Shown piece by piece: positions 36,250 to 45,923 of a stretch of 64,000 nucleotides of DNA. The stretch is from NCBI GenBank assembly GCA_038728585.1, contig JAVYTR010000007.1, positions 25,680 to 89,679 of the forward strand. Reading direction: 5' to 3'. How positions within the stretch are numbered: the first letter of the stretch is position 1; each line of letters starts with the position of its first letter. The notes under the pieces were generated by a model. It was not told where the DNA came from, ran no database searches, and worked only from the letters and a program-made list of their open reading frames with translations. The DNA is from Conexivisphaerales archaeon (GTDB lineage Archaea > Thermoproteota > Nitrososphaeria > Conexivisphaerales > DTJL01). The position numbers were made by a program, and so were the translations under genes.

Positions 36250-36954
36250 TTGTTCCAGGTAATACCGAAGGACCTGCCTGTCAAGGGTGCCAGGCTAATA
36301 ACAGGTTTCCATGGAATCGGCGCTACTGGTTATTGGACTGTCAAATACCTTATTCAGAAGCTTGAAGCGAAGAGGGTAGCAGTTATAGATTCCGATTTCC
36401 TACCTCCCGTCTCTGCAACGTTTGCCGGCAAGCTTGTTACCCCTTACGAGCTATATCAGAAAGAGGACATCTTCCTGCTTAAGATCGATATACCTCTGCT
36501 GAGAGAGAATGAAGTGCCCTTCTACAGGGAGCTTGCCGAATGGGTTGCATCCTCTGGATTCTCGGAAGCAGCTCTGGTAGGAGGCCTGGATTCGAACCTC
36601 AAGGTGGATGATACAACGCACAGGGTTGTGTTTACAAGCAGCTTCATTCCGAGACCTCCGCTTACGGATTCGAAGATACTTGAAGACGACCACATTATCG
36701 TTGGACCTGTAGCTGTACTACTCAACAGGTTCGAGATGCTTAACTTCCCTGCTTATGCCATACTTGCATATGCAAGCACCGAAAGAGTAGACCCCAGAGC
36801 TGCGTCATCAGCCATAGAAGTCCTTTCTTCTCTCTACGGCTTCAAGGTGGATACGGCTCCCCTCATAAGGGGCGCTGAAGCCCTTGAAGAACAGACAGAG
36901 AGGGGAGAAAGAATATCTGACAGGTATCAGAGACAGAGTTCAATGTACACCTGA
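36250..36954 (+). CDS. PAC2-family proteasome assembly chaperone-like protein
   Basis: N-terminus LITGFHGIGATGYWTVKYLIQKL is typical of archaeal PAC2/PbaA-like proteins. TTG start. Confidence 0.55.
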   Translation: MFQVIPKDLPVKGARLITGFHGIGATGYWTVKYLIQKLEAKRVAVIDSDFLPPVSATFAGKLVTPYELYQKEDIFLLKIDIPLLRENEVPFYRELAEWVASSGFSEAALVGGLDSNLKVDDTTHRVVFTSSFIPRPPLTDSKILEDDHIIVGPVAVLLNRFEMLNFPAYAILAYASTERVDPRAASSAIEVLSSLYGFKVDTAPLIRGAEALEEQTERGERISDRYQRQSSMYT

Positions 36955-36967
36955 GCTCAAATCTTTC

Positions 36968-38530
36968 TTAGACACTTGCATTTTTACTGCTGTTGGTCCC
37001 TATCCCTTTAATTCTAATCAGCTTCACATCTATCCCCCTATCCTTCAACTTTCTGACGAATTCCTTCAGCCTTGCAGAGTAGGGAAGAAACATTGTTTGT
37101 CTGGCTATGTTCACCTTCGAATACCTCTTTCTGATTATCCATGACATGAGGAAAGAAAGCGAATCAACAAGGACATCTTCAGGAGTTACGGAAGGAGTAA
37201 CGTTTTGCACAAGCGGATAGATTCCCAGAATGGCTACTGGTATTACCGACAGAAATGGATGAAATATTGCTAAATCAGTCTTCGTCTTGCTGGCTTCTGT
37301 CAGTAGCTGGCCAGAAGAGGTAAAAACCCTGTCAGCATCGCCTTGCAAAAAGATTATTGTCAGAGAATCTGAACGTTTTGTATAATTGCTGATCATTCTT
37401 CTTCTGTGCATTCTAACCTCGGGAGAATCCAGGTCATACACGTCGAAGAAGAAGAATGCCCTCCTCTTGTCAACCCTGCTCCCCTCCTCAAACTGCTTCA
37501 GCACAGGCTCAGGGAAGGGAAGGACTGAAAAGAGATTCGGATGGCTGCGAAGCCTCAGCATGAGATAATTCCACAGCCTGCCTTCTCTTATCGCTTCCTT
37601 AGTCATATCAACCTCCTGCTTTATTATGAATAGGTTATGCAGTGCCAGCTCCGCCATGCGCTTCTCCCTTGGAAGAGCCTTCAGCGATTCTGCAGTGTAA
37701 TCGCTGCAGACCCTGCAGCTGCATGGAAGCACCTCCAGCTCGTGCAGCTCCCTAACTCCGTTCTGCAGCATGTACTTATCTTCCTTAGCAAAAAGGGCAT
37801 AGGATGCGGAGTCGAACATATCACACCCCAACGCGACTGCTAGGGGAATGGTGAAGGGATGCCCTGCTCCGAAAAGATGAACAGGCTTATCAGCTGGCAG
37901 CTCAGATTTTGCTGTTGCAATCAGCTTCACCACCTCTCTGTACCTGTAATTATTCATGAATTCCACAGGCGAGCCTATCGCAAAGAGGTCGAAAGGAAGT
38001 GAAGACATCTTCTTGGCTGAAAGCCTGACCAGGTCTTCAAAAGATCCACCCTGTATCGGACCTGCCCATGCAGGCGGTTTCTTCATGTATGGTAGTGATT
38101 TCTCAGCAGCTAAAAGTGTCTCATGCACTGTCAACTCTGCCTTCTTTCTGTCCTTTGCAGCACCTGTCGGTAAATCGAGTATCACTGCAATATCTGTACC
38201 TATCTTAACTTGGTATTCTGCAATCTGTATAGGCTCGGCTTCTACATCACCGTAGAGCAGAGCCTGGTAGCCTCCTGAATCGGTCATGATTACCCCATCG
38301 AAACCTGTTTGCCTGTGTATATCTACTCCATCAGGAAACTTCTTCATTGTGATGTAGGAATTTGTCATTATCGCTTCGAAGCCTATTTCTTTCAGGACCT
38401 TTGCTGGTATCTGCTGAGCTATGGGATGTACTACAGGAAGGTAGGCAGGAGTTTCGAAAGTTTTGCCCCCTACATGTATTCTCCCTATTCTTCCTGCAAG
38501 GTCTGTCTCTCTTACTTCAAAACTGAGCAA
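36968..38530 (-). CDS. tgtA: archaeosine tRNA-guanine transglycosylase
   Basis: N-terminus GRIGRIHVGGKTFETPAYLPVVHP, TIM-barrel TGT core, and Zn site CSCRVCSDY...H. Confidence 0.85.
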   Translation of the reverse strand: MLSFEVRETDLAGRIGRIHVGGKTFETPAYLPVVHPIAQQIPAKVLKEIGFEAIMTNSYITMKKFPDGVDIHRQTGFDGVIMTDSGGYQALLYGDVEAEPIQIAEYQVKIGTDIAVILDLPTGAAKDRKKAELTVHETLLAAEKSLPYMKKPPAWAGPIQGGSFEDLVRLSAKKMSSLPFDLFAIGSPVEFMNNYRYREVVKLIATAKSELPADKPVHLFGAGHPFTIPLAVALGCDMFDSASYALFAKEDKYMLQNGVRELHELEVLPCSCRVCSDYTAESLKALPREKRMAELALHNLFIIKQEVDMTKEAIREGRLWNYLMLRLRSHPNLFSVLPFPEPVLKQFEEGSRVDKRRAFFFFDVYDLDSPEVRMHRRRMISNYTKRSDSLTIIFLQGDADRVFTSSGQLLTEASKTKTDLAIFHPFLSVIPVAILGIYPLVQNVTPSVTPEDVLVDSLSFLMSWIIRKRYSKVNIARQTMFLPYSARLKEFVRKLKDRGIDVKLIRIKGIGTNSSKNASV

Positions 38531-38642
38531 TACTTGGCTAGGGTGCTGCCTGATGATTGTATAAACTTTCCATCAGACATTTGCAGGTTGCAAACGTTGA
38601 TTTACTGGTTGATGAAGAGTCAAGTGCTGGTGCTTCAAAGGT

Positions 38643-39500
38643 TTGCAGGAAACTGACCCATCGCTCTTCGAAAAATATCTCCCTGCCAGAAGAAGAGACT
38701 CAAGAAAGGGCGAGAACGGAAGGGTGCTTGTTGTGGGAGGGAGCAGCATCTATCATGGCGCGCCTGTACACGCAGCAAGAGGGGCCCAGGCTGCTGGAGT
38801 AGACCTTGTCTACATAGCAGTTCCAAAGGTTCAGGCTGTAGCTGTGAGAAGCATGTCTGCAGATTTCATAGTCTTTCCGCTACCTGATAGCAAGCTTACA
38901 CGCGGCTCAGTGAACAGGCTTCTGAACTGGTTGCCCGAAGTAGATGCAGCTGTGATAGGACCAGGGTTGGAGATAGCAAAAGAAGAAGCCTTCAAGGACC
39001 TAGCAATCAGCCTCATCTCTAGGTCAGCGAGTCTGGTGATTGACGCAGGAGCTCTTCAGCCGTACATCGCTCCTGTGATAAAGGGAAGGAATGTTGTCGT
39101 TACACCACATGCTGGAGAGTTCAGACGTCTCTTTGGTGTTCAGCTTGCCGCTTCTGTCGAGGAAAGGGCTGCTGTGGTTGAAAGGAAGGCAAAGGAATTC
39201 TCAATAACCATACTTCAGAAGGGGCATGGAGATGTCATAAGCGACGGGGCTACAACCTATCTGAACAGAACCGGCAGGGCTGCCATGACTGTCGGAGGGA
39301 CAGGAGATGTGCTCGCTGGATTGACCGCTGGGCTGATAGCTTTGAAGGTTCCGCTTCTTCATGCTGCTGCAATGGCTGCGTATGCAAACGGTGAAGCAGG
39401 AAATGAAGTATGGAAGAGAGTCGGGAACAGGGTGACAGCTGAAGAGCTTGCAGAAGAGCTGAGATACGTGCTTAAGAAGTATGACAAGCAGGATGTGTAG
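38643..39500 (+). CDS. ADP/ATP-dependent NAD(P)H-hydrate dehydratase (YjeF C-terminal type)
   Basis: Blocks KGENGRVLVVGGS..YHGAP and GGTGDVLAGL of the carbohydrate-kinase-fold NnrD family. Confidence 0.8.
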   Translation: MQETDPSLFEKYLPARRRDSRKGENGRVLVVGGSSIYHGAPVHAARGAQAAGVDLVYIAVPKVQAVAVRSMSADFIVFPLPDSKLTRGSVNRLLNWLPEVDAAVIGPGLEIAKEEAFKDLAISLISRSASLVIDAGALQPYIAPVIKGRNVVVTPHAGEFRRLFGVQLAASVEERAAVVERKAKEFSITILQKGHGDVISDGATTYLNRTGRAAMTVGGTGDVLAGLTAGLIALKVPLLHAAAMAAYANGEAGNEVWKRVGNRVTAEELAEELRYVLKKYDKQDV

Positions 39501-39503
39501 AGA

Positions 39504-40211
39504 ATGAGCAAGGGCGACGTAGGGCTTGGAGAGGACTGGCAGAAGCTTATCAAGGATTTCGAAATATTGTCAGAATACTATGACGAAGGAAATAAGATAC
39601 TTTCGTTTGGAAATGATATAAAGTTCAGGACAGAGCTTCTTGACCAGGGACTGCCTGCTTCCGGCGTATTTCTTGATATCGGCTGCGGGCCTGGCACTAT
39701 GTCTGTCATTGCAAGGGATTTGAGACCTTCAATGGAAGGTGTGCTTCTGGACCCTGTACCAAAGATGCTATCCAAAGCTGTTTCTAACCTCTACGGAGAA
39801 AAATATCATTTTGTCTGCGGCATATACGAATACCTGCCTTTCCGAGACGAGGCTTTCTCAAGCTGCATGGCAGGCTTCACAATCAGGGATGCAAGAAACA
39901 GGCTCGCAGCATTCGATGAAATCAGGAGAGTGCTGAGAAAGGGTTCGAATTTCTTATTCATAGACCTGGCAAAACCTGACTCAGCATTGAAGAGGTTCCT
40001 CGTTTCTACCTACTGGAAGTACATAGCTCCTGCAAGGCTTAGGATTGCGATGGGTGAAAGGGGCAAGCCATATGAGGATATTTACGTAACCTACAAGCAT
40101 CTGCCCAGCAACTCTGTCATAATAAGAGAAATGCATGAGAAGATAGGAAGGGCTGACTACAGAACAAAGATGTTTGATGGAGTGCTTATGGCAATAGTGA
40201 CAAAGATGTGA
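39504..40211 (+). CDS. class I SAM-dependent methyltransferase (UbiE/MenG-like)
   Basis: UbiE-type N-terminal block YYDEGNKILSFGNDIKFR, SAM motif I VFLDIGCGPGT, and post-I acidic residues. Confidence 0.7.
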   Translation: MSKGDVGLGEDWQKLIKDFEILSEYYDEGNKILSFGNDIKFRTELLDQGLPASGVFLDIGCGPGTMSVIARDLRPSMEGVLLDPVPKMLSKAVSNLYGEKYHFVCGIYEYLPFRDEAFSSCMAGFTIRDARNRLAAFDEIRRVLRKGSNFLFIDLAKPDSALKRFLVSTYWKYIAPARLRIAMGERGKPYEDIYVTYKHLPSNSVIIREMHEKIGRADYRTKMFDGVLMAIVTKM

Positions 40212-40392
40212 AAATGCGCAGCAACCTCATTCTCAGCCATTATACCTTCTTCATAATCAGTCTGCTCAGCTCTAAGCAGAAACCACCTGGTCTCAGATTA
40301 GACTTTTCTGCTAGCTTCTAACCTACCAATTTAGCTTCAGGTTTGATTTAAGATAATGCTATTATACCCCTCCTATTCAGGATAAAAACGCA

Positions 40393-40716
40393 ATGGGTGG
40401 AGTAAAGAAGAAGACACTAGCAGGCATGGAGAAGGAGCAGGCCAGGAAAGAGGCAGAGGAGAGGGAGAAAGAAAAGAAGAAGGAGAAGGGTAAGCCGAAA
40501 GCAGGGGGCGCACAGCCACACCTTACTTTCAGTCTGAAAGATGAAGAGGTTATCAATTCATTAAAGGGTCTTAAGGCGATTACGATTCATTCTGCAGCAA
40601 AGGCTTTCAACGTCAGGGCAAGCGTGGCAGCAGCTACGCTGCGGTCGATGGAAGCCAAAGGTCTCGTCAAAAAGGTTGGTGGCTTCAGCGGTCATTATGT
40701 GTATGCTCTAGCCTGA
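40393..40716 (+). CDS. rps25e: 30S ribosomal protein S25e
   Basis: 107 aa with a K/E-rich N-terminus, then a winged-helix segment ITIHSAAKAFNVRASVAAATLRSMEAKGLVKKV. Confidence 0.75.
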   Translation: MGGVKKKTLAGMEKEQARKEAEEREKEKKKEKGKPKAGGAQPHLTFSLKDEEVINSLKGLKAITIHSAAKAFNVRASVAAATLRSMEAKGLVKKVGGFSGHYVYALA

Positions 40717-40729
40717 GTTCTCATCTTTT

Positions 40730-41119
40730 TTATCTTATCTCAATCAGAAGCTGAGCCCTGTCCCCAGACCTTGCATGAGCAAGGATATCCATTCCTTCTT
40801 TTACTTCTCCGATATGGTTCATCGGTCTGGGAACGCTCTGGTTTGTAAGAATGAATCTGATCGAGCCATCCAGAGGCAGCAGAGCTACACTCCCTGCTTC
40901 AAATTCCTTCTTGCTCTTCTCCAGGCCTGCCTTTATCCCTGCAACCAACACAACCTGCTCCTTCTCTCTCGTTATCACTCCCTCAACCTTACCAGCCTTT
41001 ATCAGCTGAGCATTTGTGAACGGAGCCAGATGTTTTACAAGCTCCCCTCTGACCTCGCCTTTTTCAGAGATTACAAGCCTGAAAGGTATCCTCGAGAAGG
41101 AGGGTGCTGCACTACTCAT
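40730..41119 (-). CDS. cyclophilin-like (TM1367/PF04126-like) small protein
   Basis: 129 aa. The segment FEAGSVALLPLDGSIRFIL resembles the F-x-x-G-D-I-A-Y-W-P motif region of that family. Weak call. Confidence 0.35.
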   Translation of the reverse strand: MSSAAPSFSRIPFRLVISEKGEVRGELVKHLAPFTNAQLIKAGKVEGVITREKEQVVLVAGIKAGLEKSKKEFEAGSVALLPLDGSIRFILTNQSVPRPMNHIGEVKEGMDILAHARSGDRAQLLIEIR

Positions 41120-41136
41120 GCATCATCACACCTCAA

Positions 41137-42390
41137 CTAGGCATTCTTGATGATCAGTCCCAGCACATCCACCCCTTTCAGCAATCCCAGAGAACCCAGC
41201 TTAGAATTGCTCTCTGTAAATCTCTTTAACCCATCTCTCCCCAGAGACGAATTGCTTATCATGAGAGGGACAGGGTCATCGCTGTGGGCCTTGAGTTCGC
41301 ACGGTGTTGCATGGTCAGCTGAAACAGCAATCACAACATCATCTCCGACCTGCCGAAGCAGGGGTCCAAAATACATCTCATCTATCTCTTCTATAGCTTC
41401 TTTCTTCTGCTCAAACATACCGTCATGACCAAACTCGTCAGGCCCCTTAAGATGTAGGTATACAACATCACTCTTCTTCAACGACTCGAGGGTCAGTTTC
41501 ACCTTCTTCTCATAATCTTCCTTGCCTGATATCATTATATCAAGCCCAGCTAGCTTTGATATCCCTATCTCCACAGGCATATCGACGACTGCGGAAAACC
41601 TCCTACCGTATTTTTCGCCCAGCTTCTGAATATGAGGGTAAGAATCGCCTGCATCCCTCAGCAGAAGAACGTTTGCCGGTCTGTACCCTCTGCTCACCCT
41701 TGCCTTGTTCACCTCGCTCCTGCTGAGAACCTGAAATGATTTCGAAGTGAAATCGTTCACCAGACTAGCTGCGAGGATTGCACTCCTTTCCTCGAGAAGA
41801 GGCCTGCAGGGTTCAAAAGAAGGCGTTTCACCTATACTCTTCGCAACTCCCATCCCCTTCGCCCTGACATACCCAGGGTCTGTATTCGATATTTCGCCGC
41901 TCAGCATCTCTTGATGTCTGATTATCAGCACTCCTCTGTGACCAAGAGTATGCCTGAAGATAAAAGAGGCTTTCTGGTCATCCAGCTTTACTTTGCTGTT
42001 TATTTCTTCTTCAAGGTCTTTTGCTTCCTGTTCACTCAGGTTTCTGCCAGCCCTTCTGTCCAGTATTAATCTCATGTCATCGCTTGCTGTGGCAAAGTTT
42101 GCCCTCATTGCAACGTAGCCATCCCTGAACTCTAGGCCGGCACCTATCGCTTCTATCACCCCTCTGCCAGGATATCCTTGTGAAAAAGAGTAGCCGAGCA
42201 TGCTGAAAACCGCTATGTCTGATTCAGGTGCAACCCCTTTTCCGACAGTTATAACATGTCCCATCACAGATTTTTCTGCTATCCTATCCAGGTTTGGAGT
42301 TTCAGCAGCCTCCAGAGGTGTTTTACCTGATAGCTCTCTGACAGGTCTGTCTGCCACGCCGTCTATGAGTGCATAGATCACCTTCTTCAT
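41137..42390 (-). CDS. apgM: 2,3-bisphosphoglycerate-independent phosphoglycerate mutase, archaeal type
   Basis: N-terminus LIDGVADRP, metalloenzyme blocks LHLKGPDEFGHDG and VSADHATPC. Confidence 0.85.
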   Translation of the reverse strand: MKKVIYALIDGVADRPVRELSGKTPLEAAETPNLDRIAEKSVMGHVITVGKGVAPESDIAVFSMLGYSFSQGYPGRGVIEAIGAGLEFRDGYVAMRANFATASDDMRLILDRRAGRNLSEQEAKDLEEEINSKVKLDDQKASFIFRHTLGHRGVLIIRHQEMLSGEISNTDPGYVRAKGMGVAKSIGETPSFEPCRPLLEERSAILAASLVNDFTSKSFQVLSRSEVNKARVSRGYRPANVLLLRDAGDSYPHIQKLGEKYGRRFSAVVDMPVEIGISKLAGLDIMISGKEDYEKKVKLTLESLKKSDVVYLHLKGPDEFGHDGMFEQKKEAIEEIDEMYFGPLLRQVGDDVVIAVSADHATPCELKAHSDDPVPLMISNSSLGRDGLKRFTESNSKLGSLGLLKGVDVLGLIIKNA

Positions 42391-42484
42391 AGTCTGATTA
42401 CCTGCTTGAAAGGTATATCAACGTAGCTGATTTCGTATCGATCGACAAGCAAAATTTATCACACCCTTCCTTTCTGCAGATATC

Positions 42485-43072
42485 ATGGTAAACAAAAGGA
42501 AGTTAGCTGGTCTGCTTCTCTTTATCGGTGTTCTGCAGTTTCTGTTCAGTTTGATGCTGGCTGAATTCCTTTACCCAGATTATAGTGTATCGCAGAATTA
42601 CATTAGCGACCTCGGAGCTACCTGCAGAACGATCTGTCAGGTCTATCAGCCCTCTTCAACGATTTTCAACTCATCACTTGTCCTGACTGGAATATTTGTT
42701 GTTGCAGCTGGCTATTTCTACTGGTTATCAGGCGGAGCCAGAAGCAGACTGCTGACAGCACTTCTTTACGTTGCTGGTGTATCTGCTGCGGGAGTAGGTC
42801 TTTTCCCTGAAACTACCGGAATATTGCACAGCATTTTCTCCATAATAGTCTTCTTCAGCATGGCATTCGCCGCAATTGCTTCCTTCAGGGTGACAAAGCA
42901 GCCCCTCAGCACTTTGTCCTTGCTCTTAGGCCTGATGACCCTGGTTTTCATCTTTCTGTATGTGGGAAAGGTTTACCTTGGCCTTGGGGCAGGAGGGGCT
43001 GAAAGGTTCATAGTGTATCCTGTATTATTCTGGGCTTTATCTTTCTCAGGCTATCTCATGTCCTCTGAATGA
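42485..43072 (+). CDS. DUF998-like polytopic membrane protein
   Basis: 195 aa with six hydrophobic helices. The N-terminal LMLAEFLYPDYSVSQNYISDLG pattern is reminiscent of DUF998. Confidence 0.4.
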   Translation: MVNKRKLAGLLLFIGVLQFLFSLMLAEFLYPDYSVSQNYISDLGATCRTICQVYQPSSTIFNSSLVLTGIFVVAAGYFYWLSGGARSRLLTALLYVAGVSAAGVGLFPETTGILHSIFSIIVFFSMAFAAIASFRVTKQPLSTLSLLLGLMTLVFIFLYVGKVYLGLGAGGAERFIVYPVLFWALSFSGYLMSSE

Positions 43073-43124
43073 ATCGTCTTAAATAACAGCATAAATAGTA
43101 AAACCTCCGAAAGGAGCGGTATGG

Positions 43125-44876
43125 TTGAGTTCTTTGGCATCTGCTGAGCCGTGGTATTTTGACGATATGCAAGGCAAATTTCAGGCCAGGCTGAAAGGGG
43201 TAAGAACAGAAACCAAGTCTGCAATGGATGGGAATTTTGAGGGGACAAGTATAGTTGCAACTCTTGAAGCAAAGTTCGATATGGAAGTGTTTGACAGGCT
43301 ACATGACCCTACATTCATTGCGATAGAAAGGGAGACGAGCAAGGGACCAATAAACCTTGTATACGAAGTGACCTCGGTTCAGCCAATGCACTTTCAGATG
43401 CTCGGAGTCACTTCAAGCATACCCCAGCAGATAAGGGAGGAATTTCTTGAGAGGGTCAGCAAAAGCTGGAACGGCAGCCAGGAGACTTGGATTGACCTGG
43501 CAGCATTCCACACAGGATACAAGATGTTCTTTGAAGGAAACGAACTGAAGTTTGAAAGGACAAAGTTGACCCCACTGCAGGGCTCCGTAGCTCATCTGCT
43601 TTCAAAGAGGGCAGTTGAAAGTCTGATATGCGTTGAGAACGGAATGGAGCTCGGCAGGGTGAAGGGGCTGGATATAGAGCTGGCTGTCGATGAATCATCT
43701 CTTGTCAAGTATCACATGGGCGTTTTTGGATTCACAGGGACTGGCAAGTCAAACCTCACTTCGCTGCTCGTCAGAAAACTGATGGAGAGAGATAGCAGGC
43801 TGAAGGTCTGTTTTCTCGATGTCTCCGGAGAATACTCCGTGAACCTGATAGACAAGCTTGACTACTGCAGCATTTACTCAGCTGAAGAATTTGATGGAGT
43901 AGATGGTTTTGCCCAATCCCAGGTTATACCTGATACCCTAGCATCTTTTCCTGGGATTGAAGAAAGGATAAGGAGCAGGTTTGAAACTATGAACAGAGAG
44001 GGAAGACTAAAGAGATTGGCTGTTTCGGAGCAATTCAGCCAGGTCAGCCTTGATAGTATTTATGAAGTGCTTGAAAGAATATCGTCTGAGGGGAAGACTG
44101 GCTCTCTTTCTGTCGAAAACACTCTTAGGTCTTTGCAGCATTACTTCATGAAGAAAGGTATACCTTCATCAAGGCTTCTCAGCGAGGTTGATGAAGAGAA
44201 TAAGAATCATCTAAAAACAGAGCTTGAGTCTCTAAAGGGAAAGCTGCACGAAAAGTCTGGTGCTCTGAAAGATGTTGAGGCTCTCCTCGAAATGATCAAC
44301 AACATTCCTGAAGGCGAAAGCCCTGATATCGATACGCCTGAGACTCTAGCACACAAGTTTCTCAGCGGAGAGCAAAGGATGCTGATAATGTATCTGCCAG
44401 AGCCTTACCTGGCTCAGCAAGTTGCAGCAAGGTTCCTGAACAGACTGCTCTACCTGAAGAAGATACGTGGAAGAAGAGAAAATGTACTTGTGGTTCTAGA
44501 CGAAGCTCAGGAATTCGCCGCAAAGGAGCCAAAGGGCACTCAAACAGATTCTAACAGGGCTGTTGAAGCCCTTTTGAGGCAGGGGAGAAAGTATGGCGCA
44601 TCAGCCCTGATAAGCACACAGAGAGTTGCTTACATAAACGTAAATGCTCTGCAGCAGCTTCACAGCTACTTCGTCAGCACTCTTCCCAGAGTTTACGACA
44701 GGATGGTGATAGCTGACTCCTTCAGCCTTGACCTTGGTGTGCTGCAGAAGACCACAGAGCTTCAGACAGGAGAATGGCTCTTTGTCAGCTACAAGGCGAC
44801 AAAGCAGAAGAACGTTCCTGTCTTTTTGACAGCTCAGAATAACGAAGACATTGTCAGGAGCTACCTGTCAGGCTGA
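43125..44876 (+). CDS. herA: HerA-family hexameric ATPase/helicase (HAS barrel + FtsK-like ATPase)
   Basis: 583 aa. N-terminal barrel-like region, Walker A GFTGTGKSN, FLDVSGEYS block, long helical insert, Walker B VVLDEAQEF, then LISTQRVAYINVNAL. SD AGGAG lies upstream of the TTG start. Confidence 0.75.
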   Translation: MSSLASAEPWYFDDMQGKFQARLKGVRTETKSAMDGNFEGTSIVATLEAKFDMEVFDRLHDPTFIAIERETSKGPINLVYEVTSVQPMHFQMLGVTSSIPQQIREEFLERVSKSWNGSQETWIDLAAFHTGYKMFFEGNELKFERTKLTPLQGSVAHLLSKRAVESLICVENGMELGRVKGLDIELAVDESSLVKYHMGVFGFTGTGKSNLTSLLVRKLMERDSRLKVCFLDVSGEYSVNLIDKLDYCSIYSAEEFDGVDGFAQSQVIPDTLASFPGIEERIRSRFETMNREGRLKRLAVSEQFSQVSLDSIYEVLERISSEGKTGSLSVENTLRSLQHYFMKKGIPSSRLLSEVDEENKNHLKTELESLKGKLHEKSGALKDVEALLEMINNIPEGESPDIDTPETLAHKFLSGEQRMLIMYLPEPYLAQQVAARFLNRLLYLKKIRGRRENVLVVLDEAQEFAAKEPKGTQTDSNRAVEALLRQGRKYGASALISTQRVAYINVNALQQLHSYFVSTLPRVYDRMVIADSFSLDLGVLQKTTELQTGEWLFVSYKATKQKNVPVFLTAQNNEDIVRSYLSG

Positions 44877-44903
44877 GATGAACTGGTAGGGCAAGAGAGA
44901 AAG

Positions 44904-45590
44904 ATGAAAGAGAGGATAGCAATAGTTGGAGGAACAGGCAGGCTCGGGAAGGGTCTAGCTCTAAGGCTGATTAAGGAGCATGAAGTGTTGATAGGGTCCA
45001 GGTCAAAGGAGAAGGCTGATACAGTAGCAGGTGAGGTTGTTGCAAGAGCAGAGAAACTCTACTCGACCTCAGGGTATAACGGGAGAGTGGAGGGAGAACA
45101 TAATCAATCAGCAGTGGAGAAGTCTGCATTCATCATCCTTGCGGTTCAGGCAGAACAGCTCGAGTTATTTCTTTCTGCTGCACTGGATTACAGCTGGGAT
45201 GGCAAAGTGGTTCTATCGCCTATCACAAGAATGAAGAGAGCTGATGGAATGCTGGATTATCATCCTTTTGAGAGTCAGGGCAGGATTCTCTCAGCAGCTG
45301 AATTCGTTCAGAGCAAGCTCAGCAGGGCTGCTGTGGTGTCTGGGCTCCAGCTTTTACCAGCTTCAGCACTCTGGAGGGAGAAAGAAGTCGCTCCATATGA
45401 CATACCTATGGCTGGAGATGAAACTCATGTCAGGTATGCGATGCAAGTGCTGAGTTGCATACCCAACTTAAGGTATCTTTACGCAGGACCTCTGCATGTC
45501 TCTTATCTGATAGAGTCCGCTCTGCCCCTTCTTCTGAACATAGCGATGAAGAATGGTTTTAACAGTCCTGGGTTGAGGGTTCTGGCATGA
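44904..45590 (+). CDS. NADP oxidoreductase, F420-dependent-type Rossmann protein (Npd/FNO-like)
   Basis: N-terminal dinucleotide fold IAIVGGTGRLGKGLALRL...GSRSKEKA. 228 aa. Confidence 0.55.
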   Translation: MKERIAIVGGTGRLGKGLALRLIKEHEVLIGSRSKEKADTVAGEVVARAEKLYSTSGYNGRVEGEHNQSAVEKSAFIILAVQAEQLELFLSAALDYSWDGKVVLSPITRMKRADGMLDYHPFESQGRILSAAEFVQSKLSRAAVVSGLQLLPASALWREKEVAPYDIPMAGDETHVRYAMQVLSCIPNLRYLYAGPLHVSYLIESALPLLLNIAMKNGFNSPGLRVLA

Positions 45591-45913
45591 AGCTTGGACT
45601 GATATCCAAGTCGCTTCTTTTGGGGTTTGCACTCCTGCTTTCCACACTATCATATAACTACGTATACGTATGGAATACCTCTAACAACAACGGCCATATA
45701 ACCTATGTTCTACGTTACTATGGCCTGCCTTTTCAGTACATCTTCCAGGAGCTGAGCAGCCCTGTGGGTCCCTCCAGCTATTTTAAGGTCTCTGCAGGAT
45801 ATTTCACCGTAGACCTGCTCTTCTGGAGCGCTGTGGCAGCACTGGTAATAATTGCAGTGTCAAGATATATTGCCAAGGGATCTTCTCTAACTCAGCAGGC
45901 AGCGGGGGTATAG
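45587..45913 (+). CDS. small membrane protein, unknown function
   Basis: 108 aa with an N-terminal signal/TM helix and a C-terminal TM helix. ATGA overlap with the upstream gene. Confidence 0.35.
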   Translation: MKLGLISKSLLLGFALLLSTLSYNYVYVWNTSNNNGHITYVLRYYGLPFQYIFQELSSPVGPSSYFKVSAGYFTVDLLFWSAVAALVIIAVSRYIAKGSSLTQQAAGV

Positions 45914-45923
45914 GTGAGCAGTT

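Noticed and set aside
36588-36598. A tRNA T-arm-like GGATTCGAACC string.
   Set aside because: It lies inside the PAC2-like coding frame, and no acceptor, D or anticodon arms can be drawn around it.
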